Source of the DNA: a phage
Reading direction: 5' to 3' (one strand)
Length of the DNA: 40,362 bases
Sequence record: OZ418233.1
The first letter of the stretch is position 1. The number at the start of each line of letters is the position of its first letter. Position numbers and translations under genes: made by a program. Of the stretch, positions 9,024 through 20,608 are shown piece after piece. The notes under the pieces are model-generated. The model saw only the letters and a list, made by a program, of their open reading frames with translations, did not search any database and was not told the origin of the DNA.

Positions 9024-11494
9024 TGGCTATCAGTTGGATCCAGCCCAGCTTTGCCGGTGGTGAGATTGGACCGTCGTTGTACGGGCGTATCGACATGGCG
9101 AAGTACCAGGTGGCATTGCGCAAGTGCGATAACTTTATCGTGCGGCAGTATGGCGGCGTTGAGAATCGACCTGGTACGCGTTTTGTCGGTGCCGCCAAAT
9201 ACCCAAATCGGAAATGCCGCCTGATCCCGTTCCAATTCTCGACGGTTCAGACTTATGCTCTGGAGTTCGGACACCAGTACATGCGCGTTATCAAAGATGG
9301 TGCGTTGGTGCTGAACAGCAGCAATGTTATTTATGAAATTGCCACGCCATATACTGAAGCCGATCTGTTCCGAATTAAATTCACGCAAAGCGCCGACGTG
9401 CTTACGCTGGTTCACCCGGCATACCCGCCGAAAGAGCTGCGCCGCTATGCGCATGACAACTGGCAACTGGTTGATGTGGTAACGAAGAACGGGCCATTTG
9501 AAGATATCAATATTGATGAGTCAGTGACGGTTTATGCCAGCGCCAGCACCGGGACAATTACGTTAACGGCAAGCGCCTCTATTTTTGGCGCGGAGCAGGT
9601 AGGCAAATTGTTCTATCTGGAACAGCCTGCAGTGGATTCTGTGCCGGTATGGGAAACCAGTAAGAGTACGTCGATTGGCGATATTCGCCGTGCAGACAGT
9701 AACTACTATCGCGCCGTTACAGCAGGAAAAACAGGTACTTTGCGCCCTTCGCATACAGAAGGCACATCATGGGATGGCTGGGGCGGATCCGGTGATGATG
9801 ATACCGGCATTGAGTGGGAGTATCTGCACAGTGGTTTTGGCATTGCCCGTATCTCTGCTGCAAATGGAACTACTGCAACTGCCGAGGTGATTTCCTATAT
9901 CCCTTCGCAGGTTGTTGGCGAGGATAATGCCAGCTATAAATGGGCTAAATATGCCTGGAACAGTGTTAATGGTTATCCTGGCACTGTTGTTTATTATCAA
10001 CAACGTCTTTACTTCGCCGCATCGACTGCGTTCCCTCAGACCATCTGGGCCAGCCGTACCGGGGATTATAAGGATTTTGGCAAAAGCAATCCTACGCAGG
10101 ATGACGACAGAATTATCTACACCTATGCCGGGCGTCAGGTTAATGAGATCCGTCACCTGATTGATGTTGGTTCTCTGGTGGCGCTGACTTCCGGAGGTGA
10201 GTACGTCATCACCGGCGACCAGAACAAAGTGTTAACCCCATCATCATTTGCATTCAGCTCTCAGGGATCAAATGGCTCGAGTAATGTCCCACCAATTGCC
10301 GTAGCGAATATTGCTCTGTTCGTCCAGGAGAAAGGCAGTGTTGTCCGTGATCTGGCCTACTCATTCGATGTTGACGGCTATCAGGGGAACGACCTGACCA
10401 TCCTTGCCAATCATCTTTTTCAGAAGCACAGCATTGTTGACTGGTGCTTCTCGATTGTCCCTTACTCCAGCGCCTTCTGCATCCGTGATGACGGTAAATT
10501 ACTGGTGATGACCTATTTGCGTGATCAACAGGTTTTTGCATGGGCACCACAGTCCAGTACCGGAAAATATGAAAGCACATGCAGTATCAGCGAAGGCAAT
10601 GAAGATGCGGTGTATTTCGTCGTTAACCGAACCGTTAACGGGCAAACAGTGAGATACATCGAGAGACTGTCCAGCCGTTTATTTACCAGCGATGAAGATG
10701 CTTTCTTTGTTGATTCTGGCCTTAGCTATGATGGAAGAAATACGTCTGACAGAACGATGACCATCACTGGTGGTTCTGGTGAATGGGATTACCGCGCGGA
10801 ATATACAATCAGTGTTTCTGGTGGTGCGTACTTCACCAGTAGTGATGTCGGTGCGCAACTACAGTTCCCTTATACCGGAACTGATCCTGATACTGGCGAT
10901 GAAGTGTCAAAAGAATTACGTTGCGACATTATTTCTGTAACCAGCAATACCGCTGTAGTGGTTCGTGCTAACAGGAACGTCCCGCCATCCCTCAGGAATG
11001 TGGCCACCACGAACTGGCAGATGGCGCGCCGGACATTTGGAGGCCTGTCTCATCTTGAAGGCCAGACCGTAAACATTCTTTCTGATGCGAATGTTGAGCC
11101 ACAGAAAGTTGTTTCCGGAGGTGCCGTCACACTGGAATCACCGGGGGCTGTAGTGCACATCGGCCTGCCAATAACTGCTGAATTCGAAACACTGGATATC
11201 AACATTAACGGACAGGAAACGCTGCTGGACAAAAAACAGGTGATCCCCTCCGTTACTCTGGTTGTGAATGCCAGCCGCGGCATCTGGGCGACTACGCCTG
11301 GCGGTAAATGGTACGAACATCCACAGCGTGAATTCGAGTTCTACGATGATCCTGTTGATGATGCTACCGGAAAAGTAGAAGTGAAACTGGACAGTAACTG
11401 GGGCAAAAACGGACGTGTAAAAATCCGTCAGCTTGACCCGTTGCCGCTGTCTGTTCTTGCCGTTATTCCTCGCCTTACTGTTGGGGGATTCTGA
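9023..11494 (+). CDS. tail tubular protein B-like (gp12-like tail hub/nozzle)
   Basis: 823-aa ORF in the position and size range of podovirus tail tubular protein B; overlapping start/stop coupling with flanking genes. Confidence 0.55.
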   Translation: MAISWIQPSFAGGEIGPSLYGRIDMAKYQVALRKCDNFIVRQYGGVENRPGTRFVGAAKYPNRKCRLIPFQFSTVQTYALEFGHQYMRVIKDGALVLNSSNVIYEIATPYTEADLFRIKFTQSADVLTLVHPAYPPKELRRYAHDNWQLVDVVTKNGPFEDINIDESVTVYASASTGTITLTASASIFGAEQVGKLFYLEQPAVDSVPVWETSKSTSIGDIRRADSNYYRAVTAGKTGTLRPSHTEGTSWDGWGGSGDDDTGIEWEYLHSGFGIARISAANGTTATAEVISYIPSQVVGEDNASYKWAKYAWNSVNGYPGTVVYYQQRLYFAASTAFPQTIWASRTGDYKDFGKSNPTQDDDRIIYTYAGRQVNEIRHLIDVGSLVALTSGGEYVITGDQNKVLTPSSFAFSSQGSNGSSNVPPIAVANIALFVQEKGSVVRDLAYSFDVDGYQGNDLTILANHLFQKHSIVDWCFSIVPYSSAFCIRDDGKLLVMTYLRDQQVFAWAPQSSTGKYESTCSISEGNEDAVYFVVNRTVNGQTVRYIERLSSRLFTSDEDAFFVDSGLSYDGRNTSDRTMTITGGSGEWDYRAEYTISVSGGAYFTSSDVGAQLQFPYTGTDPDTGDEVSKELRCDIISVTSNTAVVVRANRNVPPSLRNVATTNWQMARRTFGGLSHLEGQTVNILSDANVEPQKVVSGGAVTLESPGAVVHIGLPITAEFETLDININGQETLLDKKQVIPSVTLVVNASRGIWATTPGGKWYEHPQREFEFYDDPVDDATGKVEVKLDSNWGKNGRVKIRQLDPLPLSVLAVIPRLTVGGF

Positions 11495-11958
11495 TGATCG
11501 ATGTTCGAATTATTCCCGCTACCGAAGAGCATCTTCAGATGATTTTGCCGGATGTTCGTCAGGCTGATATTGACGAACTGTATGCGGTATCGCTGATGAC
11601 TACCGAAGATGCGCTGCGCGTTGGTCTGCGCACTGCGACTATGGCCTGGTCAGGGTTCGCGAACGGAGAACTGGTAACCATGTTTGGTGTATCTCCGGCG
11701 TCAATGATCGGTGGCAATGGTACACCCTGGCTGGTCGGAACCAGCCGTATTGAAAAATATCAGAAGACATTTCTGCGCCACTGCCGCCCTGTATTGCAGC
11801 AGATGCTGGCAGTTTATCCGCGCCTGGAAAACTACGTCGACGAGCGAAACTATGTTGCCAAAGCATGGCTGCACTGGCTTGGATTCAGGCTTGAAGAGGC
11901 CGCGCCTTATGGTGCTCTTGGTCTTAATTTCCACAGATTTCACATGGAGAGAAAATAA
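11494..11958 (+). CDS. hypothetical virion protein (154 aa)
   Basis: Coupled ORF between tail hub and internal virion protein genes. Confidence 0.4.
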   Translation: MIDVRIIPATEEHLQMILPDVRQADIDELYAVSLMTTEDALRVGLRTATMAWSGFANGELVTMFGVSPASMIGGNGTPWLVGTSRIEKYQKTFLRHCRPVLQQMLAVYPRLENYVDERNYVAKAWLHWLGFRLEEAAPYGALGLNFHRFHMERK

Positions 11959-12503
11959 TGTGCGATCCGGTTATTGCTGGTGGCGCAATGCTCGCCATGA
12001 GTGGCATTCAGGCATACACCCAGTACCAACAGGGAAAGTATGCCTCGAAGGTTGCAGAAGCGAACGCAGATATAGCCACTGCTCAGGCAAATGATGCAAT
12101 AAACATAGGTAACGCTGAAGCTGAGCAACGGCGCAGAGAGACCCGACAGCGGCTTGGTACACAGGCGGCGACAATGGGGGCTACCGGCGCTGATTTATCT
12201 ACAGGTAACGCGCTGGATATATTTGGCGACACTGCTCAGTTTGGCGCTCTTGATGCGCTGACGACGGTGAATAACGCGCAACGCGAGGCTTACGGTTATC
12301 AGGTTCAGGTTGCCAACTATAAAGCAGAAGCCAGTTCAGCCCGTAAACAGGGGAATGTAGGAGCAGCAACAACATTGCTCACTGCGCCTCTGAAGGCATA
12401 CGGTGCGTACCAGATGTTTGGTGGGACGTGGAGTCCGTTTACTCAAAGCACTCCTGCGCCAATCGGGGCAGCAGCAGGAACCAGATTACCCGGAGGATTA
12501 TAA
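11958..12503 (+). CDS. internal virion protein, T7 gp14-like
   Basis: Starts Met-Cys and ends with a Gly/Ala-rich basic tail (APIGAAAGTRLPGGL), resembling T7 gp14 as I recall it; stop overlaps next start (TAATG at 12501-12505). Confidence 0.55.
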   Translation: MCDPVIAGGAMLAMSGIQAYTQYQQGKYASKVAEANADIATAQANDAINIGNAEAEQRRRETRQRLGTQAATMGATGADLSTGNALDIFGDTAQFGALDALTTVNNAQREAYGYQVQVANYKAEASSARKQGNVGAATTLLTAPLKAYGAYQMFGGTWSPFTQSTPAPIGAAAGTRLPGGL

Positions 12504-14932
12504 TGCCAGTCGTACCAACAGTATCCGGACGTCAGGTTGAGAGTCGTGGAGTTCAGTCAGCAGGCTTGCAGACGTTTTCTCAGCCAGGTATTGGTGATGC
12601 TTTTGTTCGGGCAGGGACAGAGGCAATTGATGTTTTGGGGCAGGCAAAACAGCGTGCCAATATCGCTCTGGCTCAGGAGGCATCTCTTAACCTCAGTCAG
12701 ATAAGCAGCGATCTGCTGAATAATCCTGAAACAGGATTGCTTAACCTGAAAGGGAAAAATGCTATTGGAAAAGGCCATGAGTATACGCAGCAGTTTGATG
12801 CTCAGGTCGAACAACTGGCTATGTCGCTGCCGGATGAACAGGCTCGTAATGCTTTCATGCAGCAGGCGCAGCAGCAGCGTATTCAGTTCACTACGCAGGC
12901 CGGGCGGCACGAGATAGGGCAAATAAATGCCTACGAAGAAGGCCAGTTTCAGGCTACACTGCTGAACAATGGTAAAAATGCCGCAGCATTGTATGGCGAC
13001 AACGCCGCATACGTATTGGCTAACAAGCAAACTTTCCAGCAAATTGAGGAGTACGGTGTTGCACATGGCTGGAGCAACGAGCAAATCCAGGCCAAGAAAA
13101 TCGAGTTTAAAGAGAAGGTTGCTGATGCTGCATTGTCCCAGTGGTCGGCAAACAATGCGACCGCATTCATCCAAAGTAATGGCGAGTTAAGTGATACTGC
13201 TGCTGGAGCTCGCCGTGCTGTAGCAGATAGTGACTCTTCCGAGCGTGCCCGTGGCATACGCAACAATAACCCAGGAAATCTCGAATACAGCAAAACTAAT
13301 CCGTGGGTAGGCCAGACCGGTGATGATGGTCGATTTGCTAAATTCGAAACACCTGAACACGGGATTCGTGCATTAGGGCGGAACCTGATGTCGTATCAGA
13401 GGCAGGGTATTGATACCGTCAGCGAGATAATTAATCGCTGGGCACCGCCTACTGATAAAAATGACACTATGTCGTATATCAAAGCAGTGTGCGAACAACT
13501 TGGCGTTTCTGCTGATGAGCCTCTCGATGCATCTAATCCTGATACCCTGAAGGCGCTTTGTGCAGCCATTATCCATCATGAGAACGGTAGCCAGCCATAC
13601 AGTGATCAGCAGTTAACTGCTGGTGTCAGTGCAGCACTTGGTTTATCAACAATTCCAACCAACATCAAACGCTATACCGGTAATGCAGCATTCGATGCGG
13701 CATCTCCTGAGGCGCAGGCAAGTTTTATGCGACAGGCGGATCAACTGCGTCGGCAGCAGCAGGCTGAATATAAAACGATGATTGACAGCCAGGTTCGCGA
13801 TGCGACAGCTGCGTATATGCGTGGCGTTGAATTTCCTAACCCACCTGGTGAGGCTGATTTTATTGCAGCTTATGGAGTCAGAGAAGGAAACCTGCGATAT
13901 ACCGAGTTCAGAAATGCGCAAATCGCCGGACAGTATATAGGCTCTTTCCGCAACATGCCGACAAGCAGCATTACATCATATGTTGAGCAATTACGCCCGG
14001 ATACTGGTGAGACAGGGGAGGGTTATGCGGCACGAGCCGCTCTTTATGACAACGTTGTGTCGGCTGCAAGTCAGGTGATAAAGCAGCGACAGGCTGATCC
14101 TGTACAGTTCTCTCTTGCCGCCGGACAGGCAAAGCCTATCGACATGAGCAATAAGGATAACTTTGGACAGAGCGTTGCCTTGCGTGCCGCTCAGGTCAGT
14201 GACCTTGCTAAGTCATATGGCACTCCACTGACGTTCTTTTCCAAAGACGAGGCCAATCAGATCGGTGTTTTCTTTCGTGATGCGCCCGTTTCCCAACAGG
14301 CAGCATATCTCGATACCATCAGGCAGAGCACTGGTGGTGGGCAGGTGTATATGTCAGCACTACAGCAGATCAGTGCCAACGCTCCATCTGCTGCCGTTGC
14401 CGGGATACTGATGGATAAGCCAGGTGGTATTTTGGCAGAAAAAAACTGGTTTAATCCGGATGTTTCCGTGTCTCCTGAAACCGCTGCGCAGACAATTCTT
14501 GCTGGCGCGGCGGCTCGTAAAGGTACTGATGACGCGAAAGGTATTCCGATGCCTAAAGATGCTGATCTTCGCCTTGAGTTTTCTGACATGGTGAAGGATG
14601 CATTTGCTGGTGATGCTCAGGGGGCATCAATGGCATACGAGATCGCAAAGGACTATTACGCTGGTGTGATGGCGAAAAAAGGCGTGGTATCAGGCGAAAT
14701 TGACAATGATATCTGGAAACAGGCTGTTAACGTAGCTACAGGTGGCGTGCATGACTATAACGGAATGGGGAATGTTCTTTTGCCGTGGGGAATGTCTGCA
14801 GAGCAATTCGATAAGCAGGTTAATCAGGCTTGGAATGAACAAGTTGTTGGCACAGGGATAAAAACACCGCCTGGTCAGTATGGTGAACCGCCCCGGGAAT
14901 CCTGGAGACTAAACTTCCTGAGAAAGAGGTAA
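12503..14932 (+). pseudogene. large internal virion/ejection protein gene, 3' end disrupted by IS insertion
   Basis: Reading frame runs into the IS left end at 14884 and stops at an IS-internal TAA (14930-14932); the original reading frame resumes in frame after the IS (16197-16329). Contains motif RNNNPGNLEY, which may mark a cell-wall-hydrolase-like domain (unverified). Confidence 0.7.
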
Positions 14933-14937
14933 ACAGG

Positions 14938-15264
14938 ATGACTAAAAATACTCGTTTTTCCCCCGAAGTCCGTCAACGGGCAGTCCGTATGGTTCTGGAA
15001 AGTCAGAGCGAATATGACTCACAATGGGCGACAATTTGTTCCATTGCTCCAAAGATTGGCTGTACGCCGGAGACTCTGCGTGTCTGGGTTCGCCAGCATG
15101 AGCGGGATACCGGGGGCGGTGATGGAGGGCTCACCACCGCTGAACGTCAGCGTCTGAAAGAGCTGGAACGTGAAAATCGTGAACTGCGCCGCAGTAACGA
15201 TATCCTTCGCCAGGCTTCCGCTTATTTTGCGAAGGCGGAGTTCGACCGCCTCTGGAAAAAATGA
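14938..15264 (+). CDS. IS3-family transposase OrfA (HTH)
   Basis: 108 aa ending in a leucine-zipper-like segment ([25 protein letters not shown]); overlaps orfB in the -1 frame as in IS3 elements. Confidence 0.85.
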   Translation: MTKNTRFSPEVRQRAVRMVLESQSEYDSQWATICSIAPKIGCTPETLRVWVRQHERDTGGGDGGLTTAERQRLKELERENRELRRSNDILRQASAYFAKAEFDRLWKK

Positions 15265-16151
15265 TGCCACTGCTGGATAAGCTGCGTGAGCAGTACGGGG
15301 TCGGACCGCTATGCAGCGAACTGCATATTGCCCCGTCAACGTATTACCACTGTCAGCAACAGCGACATCATCCGGATAAACGCAGTGCCCGTGCGCAGCG
15401 CGATGACTGGCTGAAGAAAGAGATACAGCGCGTATACGATGAAAATCACAAGGTATACGGTGTGCGTAAAGTCTGGCGTCAGTTGTTACGGGAAGGTATC
15501 AGAGTGGCCAGATGCACTGTGGCACGTCTCATGGCGGTTATGGGACTTGCCGGTGTTCTCCGGGGTAAAAAGGTCCGTACGACCATCAGCCGGAAAGCCG
15601 TTGCCGCAGGCGACCGCGTAAACCGTCAGTTCGTGGCAGAACGACCTGACCAGCTGTGGGTGGCTGATTTTACTTACGTCAGCACATGGCGGGGCTTCGT
15701 CTATGTGGCGTTCATCATTGATGTGTTTGCCGGATACATCGTGGGGTGGCGGGTCTCATCGTCCATGGAAACGACATTCGTGCTGGATGCACTGGAGCAG
15801 GCGTTATGGGCCCGTCGACCGTCCGGCACGGTCCATCACAGTGATAAAGGTTCTCAGTATGTATCGCTGGCCTACACACAGCGGCTTAAGGAAGCCGGAT
15901 TACTGGCATCAACAGGAAGTACAGGCGACTCGTATGACAACGCGATGGCGGAGAGCATCAATGGTCTTTACAAAGCGGAGGTAATACACCGTAAGAGCTG
16001 GAAAAACCGTGCAGAAGTGGAACTGGCCACACTCACGTGGGTGGACTGGTATAACAATCGACGATTGCTGGAAAGGCTGGGCCATACTCCTCCGGCAGAA
16101 GCAGAAAAAGCTTATTATGCTTCCATCGGAAACGATGATCTGGCAGCCTGA
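15261..16151 (+). CDS. IS3-family transposase OrfB (DDE integrase-like catalytic domain)
   Basis: 296 aa with rve-type features (WVADFTYV..., HSDKGSQY..., [15 protein letters not shown]); overlaps orfA, consistent with programmed frameshift expression. Confidence 0.85.
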   Translation: MMPLLDKLREQYGVGPLCSELHIAPSTYYHCQQQRHHPDKRSARAQRDDWLKKEIQRVYDENHKVYGVRKVWRQLLREGIRVARCTVARLMAVMGLAGVLRGKKVRTTISRKAVAAGDRVNRQFVAERPDQLWVADFTYVSTWRGFVYVAFIIDVFAGYIVGWRVSSSMETTFVLDALEQALWARRPSGTVHHSDKGSQYVSLAYTQRLKEAGLLASTGSTGDSYDNAMAESINGLYKAEVIHRKSWKNRAEVELATLTWVDWYNNRRLLERLGHTPPAEAEKAYYASIGNDDLAA

Positions 16152-16193
16152 GTTCACAGATAAAACACTCTCCAGGAAACCCGGGGCGGTTCA

Positions 16194-16329
16194 TGGTTTG
16201 CAAAGTTACGGCGATAGTCAGTACCTGGTGAAACTTGGTACTGGTTATCTGCTAAAAGATGATGGTTCTCCCGTTGTTCTTGATCTGACACAGAAGCGTC
16301 AGAGATTCTCCGGAGATATTCCGAAATGA
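16194..16329 (+). other. displaced 3' remnant of the IS-disrupted internal virion protein gene
   Basis: In-frame continuation (…GLQSYGDSQYLVKLGTGYLL…) whose stop TGA overlaps the ATG of the next gene at 16326 (ATGA), preserving the original translational coupling. Confidence 0.7.
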
Positions 16330-18128
16330 GTTACTTTGGCCTTAATCCAGTAAACCAGAATCAGCAGCTTGACGAAGCAGCATCAAATCCAGTTGGCTTT
16401 AACAGCGATGTTGGTTTTTTCGACAATGCTGTAGGAGCGGCATTGTCTGGTTTGTACTCCGGGCTGGTGGCAAAGCCTGATCAGTTGCTCTGGGCAGGGA
16501 TGGATAAAATCGTATCCCCGATTGCTCAGTTTGTTAACGAAAACACCTCGCTCAATGACACTTCAGTTTCATACATTGCCGAGCAGAGAAAACTAGCAGA
16601 GCAGCAGGTTAAGCGGCTGACGCCTGATGCCGCGACAACCGGAACCGCCGGGCAGGTTCTTTATGGGTTGTTCGATATGGGCGGGCAGGCTGTTATCGGT
16701 ACAACGCTCGGTGGTCCGGTCGGAGGTGCTGCGGCGGTAACTTCGCTACAGGGTTTTTCTGAGTTTGAACGGCTGACAGCACAGGGTGTTGATTTCAGGA
16801 CGGCGCAGGAAGCGGGATTAGTGCAGGGTATTACTGCTGGTGCCGGAACACTGATCCCTATGAGCCTCGGGTTACGTGCTGGTGGTGCGCTGGCGGAAGG
16901 TGTGGCGGCTCAGCTTGCGCGGACGGGTGAAAGTTCAGTGCGACGCGCCGCAGCAACAGCAGTACGTGCAACGCCAGATATTGCCTATGCCGCAGGTACA
17001 AATATTGCGTTCGGTATGGCACAGCGTGGGCTTACTGCAAAAACGCTTCGTGATGGTGGCTATAGCGAAATGGCTAACCAGTATGATGTGTTGGATCGAC
17101 AGGCAATTGCTATTGATGCTGTTCTTGGGGTGGCGTTTGGTGGTGTCGGCAGATTTATTAACTCTCGCGGCGAGTCTACAAGCGCACCAAATTTTTCACC
17201 AGTTGATATCGATGCTGCACTGGCGGCGAATGCCGCTCATCATGCTGAAATTGATATTGCTCCCGGCGTTCCGATCAACGTGCTTTCGCGTAATTCGCAC
17301 ATTCAGGCTCTGCGAAAAGCCATGTCTGATGTTAGCCAGGGGAGACCTGTAGACGTTGCCAGCATTGTTGAGTCTGCATCTTTCAGTGAAATTCCTGGGC
17401 GTAAGAGTCTGCTGTCTCAGGCAGTTAATGAGGCTCTGTCATCTGTAGATGATGGAGTAACGGCGCGCGCTATAGAAAATCGGTTGCTTGAAGAACAGGC
17501 CGCGCAGCTTTTGCCGCGTGGCGATAGACAGGTTTACCAGTCTGAAATCGCTAATAGCCAACGAATTATTGAAAATCTCACTGAACAGCGCGCACAAATT
17601 CTTGCAGAAGAGCCAACCGGTAGCGGTAAGGCTTTATCTCGTGCTCGATCAGATAAACAGGCCAGACTTCGCGATATTGACCAACGAATCCGGCAGGTAC
17701 AAGAACGCTTGGAATTTTCCCGTAACGCGTTGGCACCGCATGAGCCTGGCGGTCAGTTTTTTGAAGCTCGAGCAGAACTGGCACGGCGACAGCAGGCAGA
17801 AAGTGAACTTAATGCTCAGGCTGTTTCATTCTATAAAACAGCAGAGGTCAGGACGCCAGACGAAGTAGCTCCTTTTGAGCCCGGTAAGATATTGCAACAG
17901 ACAGAACAAAAAATGATGTCAGATCAGGCAGGAGATATTGATCTGCGCATAGCTGAAGACTCGCTGCTTGAATCACCTGACATGATAATCACCGTGCTGG
18001 ATGATGATGGTAATCCACAATCGCGCAGTGCGCGTGAAGTACTGGATGAAACGAACAGGGAAAGTGAGCAGGCAATACAGGATTCCAGCCTGTTTGATGT
18101 CGCTGTGGCGTGTTTCTTGAGAGGTTAA
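16326..18128 (+). CDS. internal virion/ejection protein (600 aa)
   Basis: Large Ala/Gly-rich protein in the ejection-protein block after the gp14/gp15-like genes. Confidence 0.45.
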   Translation: MSYFGLNPVNQNQQLDEAASNPVGFNSDVGFFDNAVGAALSGLYSGLVAKPDQLLWAGMDKIVSPIAQFVNENTSLNDTSVSYIAEQRKLAEQQVKRLTPDAATTGTAGQVLYGLFDMGGQAVIGTTLGGPVGGAAAVTSLQGFSEFERLTAQGVDFRTAQEAGLVQGITAGAGTLIPMSLGLRAGGALAEGVAAQLARTGESSVRRAAATAVRATPDIAYAAGTNIAFGMAQRGLTAKTLRDGGYSEMANQYDVLDRQAIAIDAVLGVAFGGVGRFINSRGESTSAPNFSPVDIDAALAANAAHHAEIDIAPGVPINVLSRNSHIQALRKAMSDVSQGRPVDVASIVESASFSEIPGRKSLLSQAVNEALSSVDDGVTARAIENRLLEEQAAQLLPRGDRQVYQSEIANSQRIIENLTEQRAQILAEEPTGSGKALSRARSDKQARLRDIDQRIRQVQERLEFSRNALAPHEPGGQFFEARAELARRQQAESELNAQAVSFYKTAEVRTPDEVAPFEPGKILQQTEQKMMSDQAGDIDLRIAEDSLLESPDMIITVLDDDGNPQSRSAREVLDETNRESEQAIQDSSLFDVAVACFLRG

Positions 18129-18133
18129 ATTAA

Positions 18134-20608
18134 ATGAGACAGGAATGTATACAAGCGGTCCAGCAGGCGGCGCAGCGCACGTTAACGGCGCGAGAAATAC
18201 AGAACATTGAAGACCGCATTTATCGCAATATGCGCTCCATTGCTCGTGATGACCCTATGTCGTGGCGACAACTTTCCGAGTCAGAGCGGCTGTATCGTGC
18301 AGCACAATTGGCATCTGAAGAATTACAGCGAGAAGCGGCATTAAAGAAACGTCGTGTGGCTCTTACTATAGCCGCACGTCAGAGATTGGATAAATTTATC
18401 AATAGCTATCAAGGGGCTGATGGGAAACTTGGCGCTCTTAACCGTACTATTGCTTTTAATGCAGACGGTAAATCGAATTTCCTCTCTGTTGAGTCCAGAA
18501 CAAAAGCCACTCGTGATTATGCATTGAGTCAATTGCAGGAGGCATTTGAAGCAGTTGATCCTCGCTTTTTTGGCCTGTTTGAAGATGAAGCTGGCGTGCG
18601 TGACCTGGTATATGAAATGCGAGGGCAAAATACTGGCAATGCTAAAGCAAGAAAAGGTGCTAAGGCGTGGAGAGAAGTGACAGATCTACTGCGCCGCCGG
18701 TTTAATGATGCTGGTGGGGACATTGGCTATCTCGAAAACTGGGGGATCCCTCAACATCATTCTATGGAAAAGGTTGGGACGGTATCAAAAGATAAATGGG
18801 TTAGCGATGTTATAGGTAAGCTGGATCGCAAATATTATACCCGAGCCGATGGACAACTGATGAACGATGCCGAGTTGTCTGCATTTCTTGGAGAGGCTTA
18901 TAACACGATCGCTACTGGTGGGCTGAATAAGCTTACTGATACCGGAATGCGAATTTCCGGCGCACGTGCTAACCGTGGTAATGCATCACGACAGATACAT
19001 TTCAAAGATGCAGATTCCTATCTGCAATATCAGCAACTTTATGGCGATCGCTCTCTATGGGAAATCATGGTCGGTCACCTTGAAGGTATCAGTAAAGATA
19101 TTGCACTGGTGGAAACATATGGCCCAAACCCCGATCATGTTTTCCGCTCTCTTCTTGATCAGGTGAAGGCAGAAACGGCAACAGCTAACCCGAGTAAAAC
19201 CGGTAAAGTCGAGCGGCTGGCGAACAACACAGAGAATCTGTACAACTTTATTTCCGGAAAGACACAGCCTGTAGCGAATCCGCACATCGCGCGATGGTCT
19301 GACAATATCCGCAACTGGCTGGTTGCCAGCAGACTCGGATCCGCGTTGCTGTCATCGTTCTCTGATCTTGGAACCATGTATCTGTCTGCGAAGGTTACCA
19401 ACCTTCCAATGAACCAGTTATTCCGCAACCAGCTTGAAGCTATGGACCCAACGAACCGTACAGAACTTGCGCGGGCGCGCCGCGCTGGTCTGGCGATGGA
19501 ATCTCTACTTGGCAGCGTTAACCGCTGGGCGATGGATAATATGGGGCCGTCTGTGTCTCGTTGGGCTGCAACGGCGGTGATGCGTGCCAGTGGGCTTACA
19601 GCATGGTCAGATGCGCACAAGCGCGCCTATGGCGTAACCATGATGGGAAGCCTGGGAGAAGTAGTGTCACGGACACCAGACCTTCGTAGCCTCGATGATT
19701 CTGATTTTCGTATCCTGAAAAGCAAAGGGATTACTGACACAGACTGGAGCGTATGGAAGCTGGCGCAACAGGAGGACTGGGGGAACGGCAATAATACGAT
19801 GCTGACACCGGAAAGCATTATGCGTATCCCTGATTCAGCAGTTAAACATCTTGGTGAGCCTGAACGCGTGAAATTTGAGGCAATGCGTAAACTGCTCGGT
19901 GCCGTAACTGAAGAAGTTGATATGGCTGTTATTACACCGGGAGCACGTGAGCAACTGATAACCGGTTCTGGTATTCAGCGTGGAACATGGAAAGGTGAAT
20001 TAACGAGAAGTGTTTTCCTGTTTAAATCGTTCCCTATCTCGGTGGTTATGCGTCACTGGTCACGCGCTATGGGTATGCCGTCTGCTGGTGGGCGTGCGGC
20101 ATATATTGCGACGTTTATTGCCAGTACGACCATTCTTGGCGCTTTGTCGCAGCAACTTAACGACCTTGCGTCTGGTCGTAATCCTCGCGAGATGACAGGA
20201 GAAGATGCTGCTAAATTTTGGCTTGGTGCTCTACTGAAAGGTGGTGGTCTTGGCCTTTACGGTGACTTTTTATTGTCAGATCACACTAGGTACGGAAGCG
20301 GCGCGCTGGCGTCGATGCTTGGCCCGGTAGCTGGTCTGGTTGATGACGTAGTGAAGATTGCTCAGGGCATACCGTTAAATGCTGTGGAAGGGAAGAATGA
20401 GCAGACTGGTGGTGATCTGGTTAAGCTGGGGAAAGGTCTGATGCCAGGTGCGAATCTCTGGTACTTAAAGGCGGCTCTCGATCACATGATCTTTAACCAG
20501 ATGCAGGAGTATTTTTCACCAGGTTATTTGCGTAAAATGGAGCAACGTTCGAAGAAAGAGTTTAACCAGACATACTGGTGGCGACCACAGGATGTCACTC
20601 CGCAATAA
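18134..20608 (+). CDS. large internal virion/ejection protein (824 aa)
   Basis: Last and largest gene of the virion core block; hydrophobic C-terminal segments; RBS GAGAGG upstream. Confidence 0.45.
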   Translation: MRQECIQAVQQAAQRTLTAREIQNIEDRIYRNMRSIARDDPMSWRQLSESERLYRAAQLASEELQREAALKKRRVALTIAARQRLDKFINSYQGADGKLGALNRTIAFNADGKSNFLSVESRTKATRDYALSQLQEAFEAVDPRFFGLFEDEAGVRDLVYEMRGQNTGNAKARKGAKAWREVTDLLRRRFNDAGGDIGYLENWGIPQHHSMEKVGTVSKDKWVSDVIGKLDRKYYTRADGQLMNDAELSAFLGEAYNTIATGGLNKLTDTGMRISGARANRGNASRQIHFKDADSYLQYQQLYGDRSLWEIMVGHLEGISKDIALVETYGPNPDHVFRSLLDQVKAETATANPSKTGKVERLANNTENLYNFISGKTQPVANPHIARWSDNIRNWLVASRLGSALLSSFSDLGTMYLSAKVTNLPMNQLFRNQLEAMDPTNRTELARARRAGLAMESLLGSVNRWAMDNMGPSVSRWAATAVMRASGLTAWSDAHKRAYGVTMMGSLGEVVSRTPDLRSLDDSDFRILKSKGITDTDWSVWKLAQQEDWGNGNNTMLTPESIMRIPDSAVKHLGEPERVKFEAMRKLLGAVTEEVDMAVITPGAREQLITGSGIQRGTWKGELTRSVFLFKSFPISVVMRHWSRAMGMPSAGGRAAYIATFIASTTILGALSQQLNDLASGRNPREMTGEDAAKFWLGALLKGGGLGLYGDFLLSDHTRYGSGALASMLGPVAGLVDDVVKIAQGIPLNAVEGKNEQTGGDLVKLGKGLMPGANLWYLKAALDHMIFNQMQEYFSPGYLRKMEQRSKKEFNQTYWWRPQDVTPQ

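Larger units (their letters stand above)
14884..16193 (+). mobile_element. IS3-family insertion sequence, IS629-like (1310 bp)
   Basis: Two overlapping transposase ORFs (orfA 108 aa, orfB 296 aa), imperfect terminal inverted repeats (left TGAACCGCCCCGGGAATCCTGGAGA, right end is reverse complement of TGAACCGCCCCGGGTTTCCTGGAGA), flanked by 3-bp direct repeat TGG at 14881-14883 and 16194-16196. Family name from memory of OrfA sequence. Confidence 0.9.

Noticed and set aside
8232-9466. Minus-strand ORFs of 241 and 229 aa
   Set aside because: Antisense to the coupled virion genes at 8095-11494; no independent support.
12557-13174. 205-aa minus-strand ORF
   Set aside because: Antisense within the internal virion protein gene; no RBS or plausible product.
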